A stretch of DNA of 64,000 nucleotides from Azolla caroliniana (taxonomy: Eukaryota; Plantae; Polypodiophyta), in the NCBI GenBank assembly GCA_043228905.1, contig JBHGNT010000005.1, positions 4,526,001 to 4,590,000 of the forward strand. The letters run 5' to 3'. Below, one piece after another: positions 58,065-64,000 of this stretch. Both the position numbers and the translations under genes were made by a program. Position 1 is the first letter of the stretch. Every line of letters begins with the position of its first letter. Below the pieces are notes generated by a model that saw only the letters and a list, made by a program, of their open reading frames with translations, was not told the origin of the DNA and ran no database searches.

Positions 58065-61000
58065 ACCCTCCTACAACACTTAGAGGGATGTTTGTATGGA
58101 GAGAAAACCTTTGTATTTCTTGTACCTTTGTAAGTCTACCTTTGAATTTTTTTGAAGGCCTTGTGCAATAATTTATAGCAATAGCAAATACTTTCCTTCT
58201 TTGGAAATTGCGTCTTGATTTCTATTGGTTTTTCTAAGAAATAAATAATGCCTTTTATGAAATTTAACGTCACCAGACGCAAGATAACGATTATTCCATT
58301 GACCGATTTTCACACATTTACTAGAGTATTGAACAATTGTAATTCTCTTGAGAATCAAAGAGATGAACTTCTTAAATCTTGACCTTCTTTAATGATTATA
58401 TTACTCTTTCGTGATGGTGAAAGTGATATGTGACACTTTGGCCAAGACTTGCTTAAGGTTTAGAAGCCCAAAGAAGCAACCCATGCATACACATGGGATG
58501 CAGAAGCATATTCCCTTCTTCTTTCAAAGATCTGCGCACCCATCTCCAACACAGCTATGAGTCAACATGGAGTGAGTAGGGAAATATAGATTATATTGAA
58601 GGTTGCATCACGGTAATCATTGCTCACCAAACTGAATGTCGAAGAAATATCTCTACTTTATCATTGCTTCTATCCCCTATACTAACCAATGTTTTCTACC
58701 ATGTCAAGAAGAATTACCCCTTTGTTAAGCTGCTTTGTGCATTAAGATGGTTATAATGGCTCTTCAATTTAGATAACTTGAAGTCGCTGATATTTATAAC
58801 CGTGATGTCTTATTGTGCGCTGATTTCAGTCTCTAATAGCTAGAAGTTGCTGACGTGTATCGTTCTTTCTATGATGAGAATACAATCTCTCTCTCTCTAA
58901 CTTTTCATCTAAAATGGATAAGTAGATGGCATCATTTGGAGAACCTAAAATCTCCACGTAGTCAACATTCATAAATGATAGTTTTTAAAAGTTCCTTTAT
59001 ATGAAAAGTATCCTTATCGCTTTCACAGAGATCAAACTACTACCTTTGTTTGGCTTTCTTTCATCAAAACTATTAAATTCTGAGGCTCTTACTTAATTCT
59101 GACAGTAATCATATTAATCATCCACGATGTCATAGATAAGTTTCAGCACATTCCAAGGCAATAAGTGTACTTCTATTATATCACTCATTATGGATGGTAT
59201 TTATGGAAATGTCTATCAATATAAACTTTAATGCATCATGTGGGCAAAGAAGAGCATCCACAATGTGCATTATCATCGAGCCTCTACTGTAATCTTTGTA
59301 TTATGTGAGTTGAAGATTATGAGAATCAAAACTTCTACTAGGTTGTCACCAATTTCATCTTTTTTGGGGAGTGGTTGAATTATATGTTATTCTTCACATA
59401 TATTCACAACTAACAATGGGAATAAAGCTAAACCTCACCTCGACTATTTAGTGCTATTAAAGTAAGGTTTTATTTTTATCTACAAAGGATTCCAGCAATT
59501 TACAACATGCCTTTTGCCTTACATTGGCCATGCTTTTATTGGATTTTCAAGCTTGGTCCTATTGTGATAAAATGATGGTGCGAATACAAGGATGATTCAT
59601 TAGCTCGCGTGTAGTCCTCATTTTACTTCCATGACATGTTTTCAATGTAAGCGCTAACTTTGATGTACATGTATCCCCATCTCTTTTCTTGTTGTTGTGT
59701 TTATATGTTGCTAGATAATTATTTATTGATCTCTTAGTGCTTGTTCCATTGGTTGCACAATGTTCTTGCTAGTTTCGACGATTTGCAACATATTTGTGAT
59801 ACTAGCCCTTTTTATAAAATAGAAGAACAAATTGTCATTGTCATCATCATCATCATGAACAAAAGATCTAGCTATGAATATTTGTGTTAAGATGAATCCA
59901 TACTCAATGGCATCATCGTGGTCATCAACATCACAGAGAATTATTAGCCATGTGCCACCCATGGTGAAGAGCCTACAACGAAGTACAGTTGCAATAGAAT
60001 TATTAAAGCCATTTTGGTGGCTATATCACAAATTTGGGCATAGGAAGTTTTTTGTCACCTTTTAAGTGGATTTTCATTGATGGTGCTAAAGCTCTAAACA
60101 CACCATCATATCAAGTGGTGTTTGACTACCTTAGGTACTGGGGGGTGGTTGTTTAACTGGACCATGAGAAATGGGTTCTTGTTTGATGGACTTTGTGGGG
60201 TACCACAACAACTCCATATGATGAAAGGGAAGTTGATTTGGCAATTTTCGTAACTATGTTGCATGGGGATGTTGTCTCACAATGAAGTAGATTTATGTCA
60301 TCTAGTATTACAACACTTGAGAGGGTTTACCTTGCCATATTGCTACTAATGAAGTGGAGATAACAAGGGTTGTATTATCATCTTGTTTTATTAACAAACA
60401 TACATTTATGAAAATAAGAAGAAGTAATAATTGAATTATTGGCCATGCATTGCCCATGGATGGGCCTAAGAATCATACAAAATGAGATGAAAATTTATGT
60501 GCCCAAAGAGTGTTTTTGAAACCAAGCAACCTTTGATTTGGTGAGAAGCAACAAGGTTATACGCAAGTTCATTATGAGATCCTTCAATTTAGGCTAGTCC
60601 AACCTTGTGATCGAACATCATTCTAGGTTTATCTAGACTAGATTAAATCATGTCTCTAGGAGGATCCTTGGAGTAGAACAATAGCCAAGTGAATAAACTA
60701 CTAAACGTAACCAAATATTAGAGGTAAATTAGGATAGTTATATCAAATACAAATTTGGTTGATTCAACAAACTATTTGGTAGATTATCAAAGCTACATGA
60801 ATATATATTCAATTGACAAGATAAATGAAAACAATCGAATAATCACAATATCATTAGAGAACAAAGGACTTTTAACACAAAGAGTATCAAAATAAAGCTA
60901 GTGTAGAATGAAGTGCCAACGTGAGAATTAGAAGAAAATGACATGTGTGTATAGGACATATGCTCAAAATAAGTGTGAATGGAAGAGTAAGAGTAAGTGT

Positions 61001-61630
61001 ATAGGACACTATGAGCATCCACATGGAGTGAGAGCATCCATTGAAACTTTTGGCTAGAATAAGAGCGTCGGCCTGAACTAAAATGGCATCCCCATGGAGA
61101 GCTAAAAGGGAAGCAAGATCTTTGGAGGAGGAAAAAGTCCATCAACCAATTGTGTTATGTGTTTAACGAAGTTATAATGAGCAGAAAACACAAGATGGCA
61201 CCATACCCAAACCCAATTCATGATGGGATTACATGTGGAGATTGTGCAATGTGTGCGCAATCTTGGCCCTTCTGAGACGCCTAGCCCTCCTTTGAACCTT
61301 TTCTTCCTCTTTGTTTTGTACTGATTGATGGACGGCCAGGGGAGGAATCGTGGGATGGGATGTATTTATACACACGACAGTGAATTAATGGCTCCGGACT
61401 GCCTCCCCTGGAAAGGTAGGGAGGAGGCCATATTTCTCTTCTTGGGTGAATGAATGAATGAATAATAAATAAAGAAGGAAAGAAAGGATGGGTTATGATG
61501 GGATGAATGAATGAATGGTTGGCCATTTTATAAAGAAAGGAAGGCATTCCCTCTTGTTCAGTGAAAAACCGAGGGGCGTCTGGAAGAATATCAGAAAACC
61601 AGACGGTAAGTAGAAAGGACAAATGCAGGC

Positions 61631-61750
61631 AGGGGTATTCTGCGAATTTCCTAAAACCACGATCAAAACAAGAAACGCCTTTCTTTATCCCCCCCCCCCC
61701 TCCCCTTCCATCCCTCTCCTCTCCTGTTAAACCCTAACCCTAACCCTAAT
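61631..61750 (+). promoter_or_regulatory. tef-like motif and telo-box/(TAACCC)n upstream of the OB-fold gene
   Basis: AGGGGTATTCTGCG at 61631 and AAACCCTAACCCTAACCCTAA at about 61729-61749. Confidence 0.5.
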
Positions 61751-61811
61751 CTTCACCCTCTCCCTCTCTGCCTTCGTTCTTTCGTTCGTTCGTTCTTTTT
61801 CCCAAGGATCC

Positions 61812-62082
61812 ATGGCTTCTCAGGCGCCTCCGCAACAGCCGAAGGCCATGAAACCTTCTCAGCAGCAGCCTCATCACCAGCTTCGCAAACCTGTATTTGT
61901 CACTGTGGATCAGCTCCAGCCTGGATCATCTGGCCATAACCTGGTGGTGAAGGTCGTGAACACCAAAATGGTTGTCCAGAGGTCTCGTCCCAACCCTGCC
62001 AACGCTCGTCAGGTCCGCATCGCTGAGTGTCTCGTTGGTGACCATACGGGCGTCATAGTCTTCACTGCGCGTAATGAGCAAG
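61812..62082 (+). CDS. Small OB-fold nucleic-acid-binding protein (At4g28440-like), first exon only; gene probably continues beyond the window
   Basis: LRKPVFVTVDQLQPGSSGHNLVVKVV...VRIAECLVGDHTGVIVFTARNEQ followed by a G|GT donor at 62082/62083. No second exon recognised before 64000. Confidence 0.88.
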
Positions 62083-64000
62083 GTTCGGCTTCTTTCCTTT
62101 GTTCATCCTCTCCCTTCTTCATTCTCTATTTTTTCCGTAGCGTTCCTCTATCTTCCATCCTATGTTTTTGCCGCTAAACGAGCAAAGTAATATTCCGGTT
62201 CTTCTTTTTCCATTCTTTCTGATTTCGAAACTGATGTAATCCTTTCCTCTACCTTCATACGGAGAGCTTTTGTTTTATGTTTTTCTTAATTTCTATCTTT
62301 CTTCTGTGGTCAGTTTTTTTAGTTCTTTTTTGGTATCTCTATCTTACTTCAGTACTGCCATCGCTTTCATCGATCGAAATGGTTAAAGTTCGTTGTTTGT
62401 TCCTTTGTTTCTCTCTGTGGTTTTTTCCGTATGTTCTCTCATTATTTCTTTACCTCGTCCTGTTTTCTGTCAGTTCTTCATTACATTCTAAATTAGCGGG
62501 ATTGATTCGTTATTTCGTCCTTCTTCTTGCTAATTTCCAATACTTTTCTTGATCTCTCTGCCACGCATATTCCTCACTTTTTTTTGTTTAATTGACTTCC
62601 GTCTGTTCTTCAACGATCTAGGTATACAGGCGTTGCCGTCTTTCCCTCCTGAAATGACCAAGGTTCCTTTTTTTATTTTTCTTTGTTTTGAAACCATGTG
62701 TTATGTTGGTATTATTCTCTTTCTGTTTCTTATGTCCGACGCAGGAGTCATCAGCTTTACCTTTAGAAATGGTATGATTTCCTTCTTTCGTGATGTGCAT
62801 CTAAAATTATGAGCAAGGTCTGGCTCTCATCTTTCTCTTGCTTCCTATTTCTGTTGGCATACCACCGAGACCTAAAGAAGTGTCAGCAATGAACAAATAG
62901 AATCTTTTGCTTTCTTGCAATATTTGATTTTCTTTCTTGTTTCTTCTATATGTTTAAGTGAGCTAAATGGACAGAATTGAATGGTTATTTCTGTCTTTTA
63001 TTTGTCATTGATTCCATGTGCATCTTCATATTTGTGTAAACATGGCGATATAGAAGAGCTTTGGTGATTGTTCTGTATTATTTTAATTCTATGGATTCTG
63101 TTACAATGTGCTTTGTCAAGTTTTGTCTCATTAGGCTTTTCATTTGTTCTCTGTCTGCTCTTAGACGCAGATCTGACAATGAAGAAATGAGCAAGGTTCA
63201 TGGTTGAAACAGCATTTTTTGTGTTCCTGTCATATTCATCTTTTCTTCCCATTTTTTCTCTTTACAGTACTACTTAGGTCTGTAATCAGAGAAACTGTTT
63301 GAGGCCTTTCTTCTCTTGCTTGTGTGTCACTGTATCTGGATCAGAATGTCTGGTCTCATGTGTACTTTTTACAGGGTATTATTTGTTGTGAACAGTGATA
63401 TTTATGCTTATTTCATCATTCATGTATGCTAACATACTGCAATGAGTTTCTAGGCTTTTTGACTTATTATGACGCCTTTTACCTCTCTTTATTTCTGTTA
63501 CCCTATAGAATGGTTGCTGCAAGTTGAAATAAATAATGGAAGTGTCATCTGATTTCTTCTGTTGACTGAATCACATGTTTTTGTATCCATTAAAAGTTTG
63601 TTTTGTTTGTTTTAGCTAAATTCTGGTTTATTCCCGTTGCGTCATTTCTTGGCTAAACTACTTCTGCCTTTCTGATAATGTATCTCTTTGCTTGTGTATG
63701 TTGATTCTTGATTTATTTGGTCCTGACTCATCTTTATCGCCTTTACTTTGTATCTCTTTTGATATCTTTATCACCAAACAATTTCTTTGTATTTAGAACA
63801 TTTGGCAGTGTGGACATTCCATGCAACGTCTTTCTTCATCAAGTTTACATCATGTATTTTCTTGCATGCATTTAAATAGTCTGCAATTTCTTTGTATTTG
63901 AGGTATTAATGAAACATCATTCACAACAGTCCAGACTTGAATGTTGATATCTAAATTTCTTTGTTTTTTAAGCATCTATTGAACAATAGTATGATCTTGA

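Overview
AT-rich, intron-containing eukaryotic nuclear DNA from a land plant. A fern or other seed-free plant is the best inference, because the PPR gene carries a DYW:KP-type deaminase domain. Ten protein-coding genes can be assembled by hand from splice sites: a class-3 lipase (+), an At5g60050-like BTB/POZ protein (+), an intronless PLS-class PPR-E-DYW:KP protein (+), ALG13 (-), organellar GatC (+), a glutaredoxin-like/zinc-finger protein (-), NOP58 (+), LQY1 (+, with a GC-AG intron) and the first exon of an At4g28440-like OB-fold protein (+); that is nine supported genes, the last one truncated by the window end. Intergenic DNA holds many microsatellites, faint retroelement remnants, a young 5 x ~166-bp tandem array, a near-perfect 39-bp-arm hairpin and a dispersed (GA)n-linked element ending in the hairpin CTTACC-ACTAG-GGTAAG. 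The most interesting items are the candidate reverse (U-to-C) RNA-editing factor, the hairpin-ended dispersed element, decayed copies of an exon end plus donor site inside an intron, and degenerate repeat arrays at the 5' end of several first introns. No CRISPR array, rRNA or intact tRNA was seen. All gene models and alignments were made by eye.
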